Shown here in pieces: positions 28,262 through 40,800 of a stretch of DNA of 63,863 nt; within the stretch, counting starts at the first letter, position 1; the number at the start of each line of letters is the position of its first letter. The stretch is from Catajapyx aquilonaris (taxonomy: Eukaryota). The stretch lies in contig JYFJ02002046.1 of NCBI GenBank assembly GCA_000934665.2, positions 1 to 63,863 on the forward strand. The letters run 5' to 3'. The position numbers and the translations under genes are program-made. The notes beneath the pieces were generated by a model. The model did not search any database. It saw nothing but the letters and a program-made list of their open reading frames with translations, and was not told the DNA's origin.

Positions 28262-28405
28262 TACCGAGAAAACCCACGCGCACACGGAGAGAACCCATCG
28301 AAACTCTACCCACATAAGTATCCTCCGTCCGACCCGGGGATCGAACTCGGGACCTTAGAGGTGGAAGGCTGCGGCGCTAACCACTCGGCCACCGTGTCGC
28401 CCTCC
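28262..28405 (-). mobile_element. 3'-truncated tRNA-derived SINE with a V-domain-like core
   Basis: On the minus strand: A box TGGCCGAGTGG, B box GAGTTCGATCCC, then GTAGAGTTTCGATGGGTTCTCTCCGTGTGCGCGTGGGTTTTCTCGG. Confidence 0.75.
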
Positions 28406-31400
28406 TGAAATAATACTGTAATAATAATAATAATGCATTTTCTCAAATTAATATTGCTTTAATTACCTGCTAGTTATTTAACTAAATTATAATGCCGACT
28501 CAAACCATGTGCTGTATAATTGCAGGAGTTGTCAAAAGTAATGAAGCGTCACTTAGCGCGTTTAATAATTGTAAGTTTCCACGCTTTCAAATAGTTTCAA
28601 GCTGCCCCTCGTCAAGTCTTGCGGATTGTACCGTTAGCTAGGCAAAATTAATTGCTTGTAGAAGTTACAATGTGTTGCATTTCATAGGAAAAATTATCGC
28701 ATTGCATGAGTGCACGGCTGCAACAGCCGTGCAGCGTTGCATCACTGGAAATTTCCCAGCTCCCAGCGTTCCATTTCATCACCCGCTCGTTTGCATGTAA
28801 TTGAACCGGCTGAAAAATTGAAACAAACAGCAACATGCTAACAATGTGCAGGAGCCAATTGTTGCATCGATTGTCAACATTTCGTTGCATCATTATGCTT
28901 CGTCGCCTCGACGCGTAATATATCCGTGTGTTCCCCATTTAGGAAGCGTAACCCACTTTTTTTTTTTTAGTAGGTGGAGGAGGGGGGGATTGTTTAATAC
29001 AGTTACATCCTTTTGAAAGGCTCATTCCACACTCATATCCTCCCCTCCGATCTCGTCTTGCTTGACACTATCTCACCTGAGGGCATGGTATGAATGGAAT
29101 GCAGGCTAAAATTAGGATGGGGTCAGGCCATTGTTGAGCCCAGGGAAAAAATATTCTTTGTCAAAAAAGGGCGACTGTTTGGAGGACATCTTTCAAGGGG
29201 ATTCTCTCGGTTGTGTAAAAACGGTTGTGTAATGTCTGGCATCGTGAGGTGAGTTGAACTTGTTTTTTTTTTTTTTACAAGGTGTGCCAAAAAGATCACC
29301 GCACTCCGATGATGAATTAGCAAATAGTTGCATGGTGTTAGATGCTCATCTGAAGGTTAAAAAGATGAAGGCTACATGTTGAATAATTGTTTGCGGTTAC
29401 ACTTGCAAATTTGAGGATCGGGTCACGGGGATAGTTAATGTGTCAAATTGCATTGCATGGCATTCAAATAAAACATGCCATGCCATGAATGAAATTGTTG
29501 TGGTCACCATTTTGCAAAATATGATAACAATGTTTGCGGCTCAGTACATACGGATGACAATAATAGGTAGAAATCATTTCAAGCACATTTTGGTACACCT
29601 TGTATCCGTGATTTATGAGTTTGGAAATGAATTGTGGAAAGGTGCTTGTTCATTCTTACGCAACTTTTTTTTAAAGAATCATTAACCTGTCATATCCATT
29701 GGAAAGAAGTGCCTGGTCATTTTTGCCCATAAAGTTCTGTTACATCCGAGCCGCAGCCTCTCAAGGTTATCTTCAGGTTATGAGGAACATGAATGCATGT
29801 TTGCCCGAGAAATATGACTTTGGATCATTGCAGTGACATCATTTGATGTGATGATGTACTGTGCGAATATTCATTTGTGACTTGATGATGGTGACAGCGA
29901 TTTAATTGAACGCTGCCAATGCTAAGTCACAGCGTACATTTTAGTTGAGAATATTTATGACAGGTATCCTTACGCTGTAATTAGACAATGGTCGAGCCAA
30001 GAAAATGTGTGAAGGTCGGCAGCGAATGAACAATACAATTGCAAAAAAGACAAGTGCAAGGAACTGAAATGCTCGCCTTGATAAAGATGGTAAAGTGGAA
30101 AACTGTGTTACGTAACATTTAACTACAATGTGAAAATGCTGGGGGCAGGTCAGGTATATCATATACTAATTTTTTCAAATGAAGCCAAAGAAGCTAATTA
30201 CACCTGACGTAATGATTAACCTGATTATTGTCGATATTGTGAAATTGCCAGGTAATAAAATGAGCAATTAAGATTACGATTAGTTTCTTCATTGCACTTA
30301 TGTATCACGTAAGGTGGTCAGTTTTCTAGAGGATTTAAAAAAAAAATCTCACGTCAAGTACAACTGCGTAATAGGGACTCTGACCATGCAATGTGGAAGG
30401 TAAATCTTTTTTTTGTCTGCAATGGTTCAAAATCTCATGACGTAAGCACGGCCGTCACTGAATTTTTGCAAACTGGTTTTGGATGCCACACTATAGCTTC
30501 ATTAGTTCGGGTTATCCCCTGGACCCAACAGCTTCCTTTTTTTGTGCCGAGTTGTGTGCGCAAATAAGAAAATTTAAATTGCTGTGTTTACAGCTACAGC
30601 GTGATGTCAGTAGTTTTTTTTTTCTTGCTACACTAAAAAGAATAATTATTACCTTAAAAATCATCCCTGTTATTTTCTGCGGTTCCTAAGAAGTGTTTCA
30701 AAAGACATGATGACACGGTATTGCTATAGATTATCAAGAGGTTGAATTATTTTTAGTTTGAACTTTTGTCAAAATGCTGGCGATTGCGGTGGGAAGTGTT
30801 CAAAACGCAATATATGATTTATATTTTAAATTATTCTTATAATAGTGCAATAGATTTCTGGTAATAATACAGGTCCATTAATTTTTAATAATAAAGACAA
30901 ATGTTGCAAAATATTTATAAAAAGGTTACGACAAATTTACTTATGCAAGTGTCGGAGTTTGCAGTGGGATGTATTCAAAAATGCAATGTGATTTGTAATT
31001 TAAAATATTTTTTTAAATATAGCAGCTCAATACACGTTTTCAGGTAATAATGCATGTACATTAATTTTTAAATTACAGTACTTAATGTGTTAGGATAATA
31101 ATAAATGTGTGTTGCTTTGGAAAAGGTTGTTGTAGTATCAGGTAATGCTTCCCATTTGATATGCTGCCTGGAATGGCACTTGTAAAAAAATACTGAAGAT
31201 TTCAAGTACGGATGAGCAGATGGTAAGTCATGATTCATTTGCAGCATACATTACACGCAGGATGTCAACCTGATAAGGTCATACCAGCAATGCATGTGTT
31301 CAGCAGGTACGCTGTCAGTCGATGCCTTTCAAGCAGATTAATGTGAACATACCTCTGGCTTTAATTTTTTTTTGCCTTTCTGACCATGACCGACTGACTA

Positions 31401-32299
31401 TGAATATTTTAAATGTGTGTGATGCATTATGAAGCAACATTGGACCGGTGTAGATTTTTGACAATCTGTGTGTTCCTTGCATGGAATTTTTTTTATAGTC
31501 GTTATAAAATAATGAGCTGTTGGCCATCCAAGGCTGACCACTTCTTTTTCCATCAAAATTTCCTAACAGAAGAAAAAGCGGAACATTGAGTTTGCAGTTA
31601 GTACTAGTATGGTCCACCGCTTTTCTTGTGAACGACCTGATACTCATTTTTCAAGGGTTTGACCTTGCCCGACTGTTGGAAGGTTCCTACACACGTGCGA
31701 GGGATGCGTGGGCCACTAAAAAAAACAATTTACATAAAAAAATAATACCGGTAGTGTGTGTGTAATCAGTCACGTATAAAAGCTGGTCCAGCGACCTCAT
31801 ATAAAAATATTCAAGTCATGTAAAACTATTTACAGAAACTGGTCATATCCGGTAAATATGTGAATATTAATAACGTGTATATGTAGCAATCTGTAAATTC
31901 TCACCGAATGCATACGTGTGCTGAGAATCTCATTGACCTTGTCTACTTGTGTCTGAAGGGGAATTCCCTGTCTTAAGTGCTCCAGTATTTTAGCACAAAA
32001 GGAAATATTTTTATTTGCCCATTTCGGGCGCTCAGGAGATATTAATACTGAAGTTTGGCCATGAAGATGAACTCGCCGAGGTTATATGTCTTTTGTTCCG
32101 AGTTGAGCGAGGATAAGACTGCTTTTTTAAGATGACAAACGAGCTCGATTTTTCCCCCCCTTGGAACTGGCAATGTTAATTACTTTATTTTTTTTTTAAA
32201 TGCGGTAATTTTTCTGTCTTAAGTCATTGGGAAACTTCCTGAACTCCTTGTAATTTGAAGGCGACAAAATGGACGATTTCAAGCTATTATTTTGTGGTG

Positions 32300-33030
32300 A
32301 TGTGTCTTTTGTAGTGATTCTTCTGTGTAGTGATTCCTCCTTTGTAGTGATCCATCCTTTGTGGGGATTTTTCTTTTGTAGGGATTCTTTTTAGTGATCC
32401 CTCTGTAGTAATTCATCCTAATTGTAGTAATTCATTCTTCGTAGGAAATATTCCTTTGTAAGAAATATTCATTTGTAAGAAATATTCATTTGTAAGGAAT
32501 ATTCATTTGTAAGGAATATTCATTTGTAGGAAATATTCCTTTGTAAGGAATATTCCTTCGTAAGAAATGTTCATTTGTAAGGAATATTCCTGTGTACGAA
32601 ATATTCCTTTGTAGGAAATATTCATTTGTAAGGAATATTCATTTGTAAGGAATATTAATTTGTAGGAAATATTAATTAGTAGGAAATATTAATTTGTAGG
32701 AAATATTAATTTGTAAGGAATATTCATTTGTAGGAAATATTCCTTTGTAAGGAATATTCCTTTGTAGGAAATATTCATTTGTTTGTAAGGAATATTCCTG
32801 TGTACGAAATATTCCTTTGTAGGAAATATTTCTTCGCAAGAAATATTCCGTTGTAAGAAATATTTCTTCGCAAGAAATATTCCGTTGTAAGAAATATTCC
32901 TTTGTAAGGAATATTCATATTTGTAAGGAATATTCCTGTGTACGAAATATTCCCTTTTAGTGATCTGTTGTGTGTGGTGATGTGTCCTTGGTAGTGATTC
33001 CTCCTTGGTATATAGTAGTGATCCATCCTT
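32300..33030. repeat. ~18 bp minisatellite in HMGCR intron 1
   Basis: Many tandem copies of TAGGAAATATTC(A/C)TTTG / TAAGGAATATTC, with degenerate TAGTGATCC flanks. Confidence 0.92.
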
Positions 33031-33999
33031 GCACCTTGCATAGCCAGATTTTCTTTGCACGTCATTAAATTGCTTTCGGAGGCGTTGATTAATTCGGATG
33101 GTTAATGAGCCGAAATAATTATACACCCGGATTTTCTTTAAAATGGCCTGCCTGGCGTGACAAACAGCCATTTGTTTAACACGTTTATTTTTGGTGCGCT
33201 AATTTTTAAAGTGTAAATGATGTATCCTCCTTGGGGTAAAAAAAAATTGGCGAATTTTTTTAACACCCTGTTTTAAGCGATACTTCTTTGCAATCCTTTT
33301 CGGCGAAATATTTACCCTTCCAGAAATAAACTGGCGGTTGACTGATGCGCCCCTGTAAACACTTGAGGTTCTGAGTAACGTCACGAAAATTGCAACAGTT
33401 ACCCACCGTGAGAATAGAGACAAAAATTGCAAGTACGTGCGAACCTTGACGTCTGTTACTTGCGCACACCTGACGGTCATTACGATGGGGATGTAGCGTG
33501 TGTACCTCTTGAACATGATAACCCATTTGATGTTTTATAATTTTTATATATAAAAAAAATTAGGGTTGTACAGTACCTACGTCTTCTACCCCTTTTACCT
33601 TGCGCCATCTTCTTGAGAAGTAATGAACTCAATTGTAGTCAGGGCAAGAAGTAGAGGAAGAAGAAGAAAAAAAAAACAACTGCAAAGGTTGTAAGTCCTG
33701 AGGGCTTGTTGGGATATAAAAGTGAAGGATGACTTGACGTCGCTGCTTAGTTGAGAGGTGGTGGTGCCAGGAAGCAGTCGGAGGGTCAGCTGTGACCTTA
33801 GTTCCGTCTGGTGGTACAGCAGGTCAGATACGCTGTTCTGTGTCTTTACAGAGCTGACAGGTGTGTACTTGAGACGTGACATACTTTTCATGTTTATTTT
33901 TTTGTGTGTGCTCGTTGAGTATATTGTATAGGGTTCAAGAAGAAGTTATGGAGGGTTTAAAAGAAAAGTTAATTAATTAATTATTTACAGTCATGTGCA

Positions 34000-34079
34000 C
34001 AGGTGGTATTGCAATGTATAAATTTAATTCAAATAATTATAATTGTTTGAATTAAATTTATACATTGCAATACCACCTG
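34000..34079. repeat. Near-perfect palindrome or hairpin (MITE remnant)
   Basis: CAGGTGGTATTGCAATGTATAAATTTAATTCAAA is followed by its reverse complement after a short loop. Confidence 0.8.
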
Positions 34080-35472
34080 AGTAAGGCCTACATGACTATA
34101 ATTGCACATTTTGTAATTTATCTGCTGCCATGTATTATTTTTGAGTACTTCAATATTATCTGGATAAATATTTTGGCATGTGGGATAAACTTTCGCATGC
34201 AAATTGAGCACGTGGGATATTTTTTATTTAATTGAGCAAATGAGAGTAATTGAAAACAGTTGCGTAAAAACCAGGAGCAATCAATCGCATTTTATGCAAC
34301 TGTTAATTGCCCCCTTTCTACAACTTTTCATAGCAATAGTGTTGCGAAACTAGCAAGAAATTTTTTTTCGACATGGATTACTAAAAGCCATTAGCCACGG
34401 GTGGGTCAGTTGTTGTCTAAAAACAAGTTGTGTCCCCATATGCAAATGAAGCCCTGAAACATCTCCCCTCCAAGTGTCTGACGAACACATGTCCTTGAAT
34501 AGTTTTAGGTAACCTGAAATCTATTGTTTAAAAAATATTAATGTGGACTTATAAGTTATGTCACCCCAAAAAAATGTTTTTTTTGCATGTTTAATAATGA
34601 GCAATGGATTGGTTCAATTTCATCGTGTCAGCAACTTATAAGCCTACCAATAGAACTGTTGTGAAATTTTGTGTGATGAAAAGGGAGATTAATAACGGCA
34701 TTGATAGTTCTTAGGGGGGAAAACCTAGTGAAATTAAATGAGCCGCAAGCGTAGAAGCTTGACAGCTCCGGAGAGAGTTTCTGTTGTATGGAAATATTTG
34801 AGGTGAATTAAGTGCGTAAATTAAGTTTGGGCTTAATACTTTAATTGCTGACATTTGTAGCGCGGCTGAGAAGTGTTGCAATTGTTATACATAAAATGAT
34901 TGGGGGGTTTCCCCCTTAGTATATATAGAGCTGCTTTTATAGTCAATTGACAATCATAATGCGTAAAGATTAGTATGCAAAAAGATTACGTGAGGTCAAC
35001 AGGTTTTGCAGTCCCTCTACGCAGCGTCTCTGATGCGAAAAGAACAAACAAAGCGGCAGCGGAGAGGGATCAACTTTTACGTGAAAAGGGGAAGTACTGC
35101 CGGGGTAACCCTTCTTCTTTCGTTCAAGGCCTCCATTTTCATCATCAGAAGGTGGGAAAACTTCAGGGGGGAATGATGCAGTATTTTTCCTACCCTTGAA
35201 AAGGGGCTTGTAAATATCTCTTCCTTCAGGTACGCTTTCGTAGTGTTCCGCAATATTTTGAAGTGTTGGCTAAGTAAGCGCTCAGAAAAATGTCGAAAGA
35301 GAAGTTTAGCATGCTTTCATTGCCTTTATTCTTGTACAAGGTGGGAACAATGAGGGTTGCTGTGTAGTTAAATTTTGCACTTGGAAAAGCCACAATAACG
35401 TTCCTTGGCCTGCAGTGCACAATGAGGGCTGCGTTGTTGGCGGATTTAAAACCAACGATAAGTGCAATGAAC

Positions 35473-35699
35473 TTTAAAAATCATGCAGGCAGACGAGCCG
35501 TGCCTGGCAGGGCCACAACAAAGGACAGTAGTGTTGCGGTCCGTTGTCGTGGCCCTGCCAGGCATGGTTCCCCGGCCTTTTTTAAATGTTTTAAAAAGTT
35601 GTTGAAGTTGTGGTCAGCCTTTAATTAATGCTCTTTAAAGTACTGTGTCTGTTGTTGGGGCTCTGCCAGGCACGGTTTGTCACCCTGCATGATTTTAAA
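35473..35699. mobile_element. MITE-like element with long inverted repeats
   Basis: TTAAAAATCATGCAGG..CCGTGCCTGGCAGGGCCACAACA pairs with TGTTGGGGCTCTGCCAGGCACGG..CCTGCATGATTTTAAA; a third internal copy lies near 35545-35570. Confidence 0.6.
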
Positions 35700-37846
35700 T
35701 AGTTTTTACTCAGCTTTTTAATGCCGTTTAAATTACTGCTGCGGTAACAAACGGCCATACAGCAATCTAATCAGGTGTCCAGGGTTGCTTGTTAATGACA
35801 AGATTAATTGCGGTTATATATCCCTGTTAGTTATGTGACCGGTAGGTGACCATGGTAAGCGGACACTCCAGTTTTTACCCCCTCACGACACTTCAAGAAC
35901 ATGCAACTCTTGACGTCAAAATACTCATTTTCATACCAATTTTTTTTTTTTTTTGCTACCTCCAACTTTATTATGTGGTTCCTTATGTAATGAAGACGTA
36001 CATGGAAGCTGAGGAAATTTTTTTTAATTTTTTTCAACCTTGAAATATCTTGAGACCCCAAAATTATTGAATTTTAATTTTCAACCCGTACTTGAACAGT
36101 CCTTGCCGGTGCAAAGAGGTGATTTACCCCGATGTTGCTGAAGGTAATCCTGAATGATGCAAGTGAAGGAGTTTACGCACAGGCGAAGAAAAAAAAAACA
36201 TGGTTTCGGGAAAAGAAGCTGGTGCAATTAGTGACGACATTTGACCGTGAGACGTAACTACTTGCTGAGGTGGCATGTAACGATGACCATTGACGCATTG
36301 CTTCGAGTGACCTCAAAGGAAACAGAAGCAAACATGCGGATGGGATAATAATTGAACCAGTTATATTCTGATTGGAAGGAGAAAGTGTTGGTTATATTCA
36401 TGCCCGGTTTAGTCATGCTGAATTAATTTGATGTGTTCAAAATAACCAACTGACCTTAGGCTGATATCCTTCAATCGTTGAATATATAGCGTATCATTTT
36501 TTTTGGAATCATAATTGATGAAAATGGCACCGACAAGGTTTCAGTAATTGATATGACAATGGCTACGCGGAAGTGTCCTCCGAAAATCTTTGCAAATTAG
36601 CATTGAACAGTCTCGTTTTCATATCCGGCGTACTATTATGCAAACTTGTTGCATCACGACTAACAGTAGTAATTTTTTCGCAGGAAATTGATTACATGGC
36701 AACCCGATAACACCGTTGCACTCAAATAGTCCGTTTGATATGGACCGATGCCAGCGATGTTATGCTAACAATGCGAGGCATTCAACTTTTTAATTGTGTC
36801 AGTGGGGGATTCCACATGAGTCGCTCCGGCTAAAAAAAACTGGATATGAATGGGAGTCTTTTCATCTCATGCGCTTTACTTGAATGTTGCGGTAGGTTGG
36901 TGACAAGCGGCAGGTTTTTTTCTATTTAAAAATAACAATTAACAACGCTTGATCTTCAATTATCCGTGTCACAATTGCTGGCGGGGAAATTGTTTTATTG
37001 TCGCAGGAACTTTTGGGGAACCTGTTTTTTGGGTCAGAATAATACCACAGTCCTCGTTCCCAATTTTTCTAACAATTTTTAACTCACTTTAACAGGGTTA
37101 GTACTGTAAGGATAAAAATTCTGTAACATCAGTTCCCCCATCAGTGAAAGTGCTTCTTCCCAACTGACCTCCGCAGTAAAACAACACAATTTTTTTTTAA
37201 CAGCCTTATATATTTTTTTTCTTCTTCTTCGCTTCTTGTGTCTTTTGTGGTGTGCGACCTACATTGAAACTGAAAGTCCCACCTTCTTGTTGTTGTTTTT
37301 TAAAATGACGAGGTTGAAGAGGTTGGGGTTGCTGCGGCAGAGAGAGGGGGCAAAGGTGGAAAAATAATTCTATGGAGACACGTTTTTTCAGAAGTTTACT
37401 ACTGAGAGAGAAATCTCCTGCCGTAGTGCGGATAGTGTAAGTTGAGAATGTTAAATTACGGTGAAATTAGTGAACGAAGAGGGAAAGAATATATGTCCTA
37501 ATTAGCGTTTCCTTCCTCTTGAATTTCATAGGACGCATAGGACGCATCGGTGAATGAAGCAGAAAAAATTGTGATTACACATTGTCCTAATTAGTGCTGT
37601 CTTCATGGAATTGTAGAGCATGTACAAGCTCGAATTATGTCGACAAACATTTGACGGATCAGAAGTGAACAGCTCTTTCCTTAGAAAAGAGGCTATTTCC
37701 ATGAAGAGCTTTCACTTCTGGGAACTATCAACATCCGACATTGTTCGGAAATAAACCTTGCTGTTTTCTCAGATCTTTTCCGTCGACTCCTGTTGGGTCC
37801 ACTTGCCCTACTAAAAATTTTTTTCGTTTCATTTTTATTTTGAAGG

Positions 37847-40800
37847 ATGCCAGAGATGCTGTCCAGGCTGTTCCGTGCTCACGGGAGGTTCTGCGCCTCA
37901 CATCCTTGGGAGGTGATAGTGGCCACCCTCACGCTCACCATTTGCATGCTGAGCGTGGGGCACAATGCGGACAAGGTGGTGCTACGAGTCCCTGCAAACG
38001 CAACGGACACCAACACATGCCAACACTGGCAGCAGAACTGTTTGGGGCCAGAGGTAAGTCGAAATCCGTTAACTCCGAAGAATAATTGTAGACGACAAAA
38101 TTGGTATCGTGTAGACCACAAAATCGGTATCGTGTAGACCACAAAATTTGTATCGTGTAGACGACAAAATTTGTATCGAAATCTATTACTCCGAAGAATT
38201 TATTGTTGACGTCAAAATATGTGAATTAATTTTGTGTTTGCTTCGAATAATTTTAGATGGCATTAACAATTGCGATTTGATGTAACGTTGTCCGATATTT
38301 CAGGAACACAACGCTGTGGACATTATCTTCATGACAATAATACGATGCGCAGCCCTCCTCTACTGCTACCATCAGTTTCGTACCCTGCACAAAATGGGGT
38401 CTAAATACATATTAGGTAAGCTCGCATTTTTTAACAAATCTGACCGACTTAACTGACCATGTATTTTTTTCCCCCCCCTCCGCAGGTATCGCAGGCTTGT
38501 TTGCCGTGTTCTCTTCTTTTATATTCACGTCCACGGTGATCAACCTGCTTCAGGGACACTTTACAGATCTGAGGTTCGTAACGAATTGGGATTTACGTCA
38601 GGGGGATTGTTTTTAACCCGACTTTGTTTCTCGTTCTAGAGATGCGCTGTTCTTCTTCCTGTTGCTGACGGACCTTTCAAAAGCCAGCATACTAGCCAGA
38701 TTTGCGCTCAGCTCTTTGTCTCAGAAGGAAGTGGAGGAGAATATTGCCGAGGGGATGGCCGTGCTGGGACCAACCCTTACACTCGACACTGTGGTCGAGA
38801 CTCTAGTCATAGGCATCGGAACCCTCTCAGGTAAATCAGCAGGAGTATTCATCAATTAAAGTACTCATCGCAATTGAGGTGCAGATTTAGTCCAAATGAC
38901 ATCTTGCGGATGTAACTAATTAGTCGAACGTCTTGTCGTTTCAGGAGTGAAGAGGCTGGAAATACTCTGCACATTTGCATGCATGTCCGCAATGGTGAAT
39001 TACATTGTCTTCATGACTTTTTATCCCGCTTGCCTCTCGTTAATACTCGAGGTAAGTCTTTGTTTTTTTTTTAGTTTAGCGGGTATAGTAATGAATTATT
39101 TTAAATGGTGTAATTAAGAAAGTTGCAATTAAGTTGTGGGAACAAGATGCAATTTTTCTTTCCTGCTTTGTTTGAAGGCCTGACATGAACTACTTTAAAA
39201 AAATTTAAAAAAAAGACAAAGGGTCGGCCGAGGGAAAATCTCACTTCCCTGTTTTGCAATCATCAAAGTGTCAAGAAAGGGCCACCGATTTTAACAGATG
39301 ATGTACGCTAATTATGGAGACTAACTTACGTAAGAAGCGCAACGATTGACAGATTGGCTAGAAACTTGCTCAAGCCTTGAAAAACCCAGGAGTCGAGAAA
39401 TATTATAGTTGCTTCTATAACATGTAAATCAGTTGTCTGTTAAAATGTAGTGCGCAATAGAAAATGGTTCGAACGTGCCGCGATGGAACAATTATTTTTG
39501 ATGACTTATTAACTTGTTGAACACACCGGAAAATAGACCAGGGAAAAAAGTTGCTCCTTGCTAAGTTAGCCGTACTGCTCTCGATGGCTCTCGTCTATTT
39601 TCTGATACGTTCCGTACGTACTGCAGTTAACAAGTCGACAAAAGTAATTGTGCCATCGCGGCACGTTCAAACAACAATCTTTTGTGCAGTAAATTCTTCC
39701 AGATAACTTTCGGTTGATTCGTATGAATAAGCCGCAAGGTTATGTTCGGTTGCGTACTCAGTAAAACAAATCCGTAATAAGATTTGTTTTACTGAGTACG
39801 GCATGACCGCAACCGAAATAACTTACGCCCCAAGTTTGCTGATTGCCTTTTTTTTTCCTCCTCCCCCCCTCATCCAATCTGCGTAGTTGTCCGAACGTCG
39901 TGAACGCAAACAGGAGGGAATAAAAAGCCTGGTTCACAGGCTGCAGGAGGAGGAAGAGCAGAAGTCAAACCCAGTGGTGCAACGGGTGAAGGTCATCATG
40001 GCTGCAGGACTCACGCTGGTTCATGCCCATAGGTACCCCCCTTTCTTTTCTTCTCTATTGTGTTTGGGATCTATTTTCTGCTCCGAAGGGGCATCTGGAA
40101 GGCGAACCCTATTTGCATATGCGCTTATCTCTTTTGGTCGTAACTTGTTTTTTTCTTGTTTACGTAACAGCCGGTGGCCCATCTTGACTGGGAGAGAGTT
40201 GGAGGAGGATCTGGAGTTTGCGGGAGAGGCGTCGGTTTGGACAGTCGACGTCAAGATGGGCTCGAACGCAACGCAAGAATCGGAGCTTCACAACTACATT
40301 ATGAGGTCAGTTAGTTGCCGTTAACTTGTCGCAAATATTCCTGCGAATAATGTTAACCTTGACAATGACGACCGATGTGAAATAACTTGAGCAATGTTTT
40401 TTTTTAAAATATGACTGGACGTCGTACTTCAACAATTCAGCCGCGATTATGAAATTGGTTATACAACACTTTTCTTAACCCACGATTTATTATAACAACG
40501 CAATAATTTCCCAACGAGATTAGTGTGTCCATTTCCTCACGTTTCTTCTCCTTCGACTTGTGTAGGTGGTTGGCTGGCAGTGCGGATAGGATAGTGATCC
40601 TCATCCTTCTCTTCGCTCTGGCCATCAAATACGTTCTGTTTGAGGACAAGGAAGAATTGGCCGAGCAACTTATGCAGAGCCAAAGCAAGTCGCAGCTTCC
40701 CGTGGTGCCAACGCTTTTGCTCAACGACGCACCTTGCAAAGCAGGTGAGCCCGAGTTTTGATCGTGATGCACATTACGGATGTATTACGGATATATTTAA

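Noticed and set aside
32689..33171. 160 aa and 96 aa minus-strand ORFs
   Set aside because: They derive from the 18 bp minisatellite.
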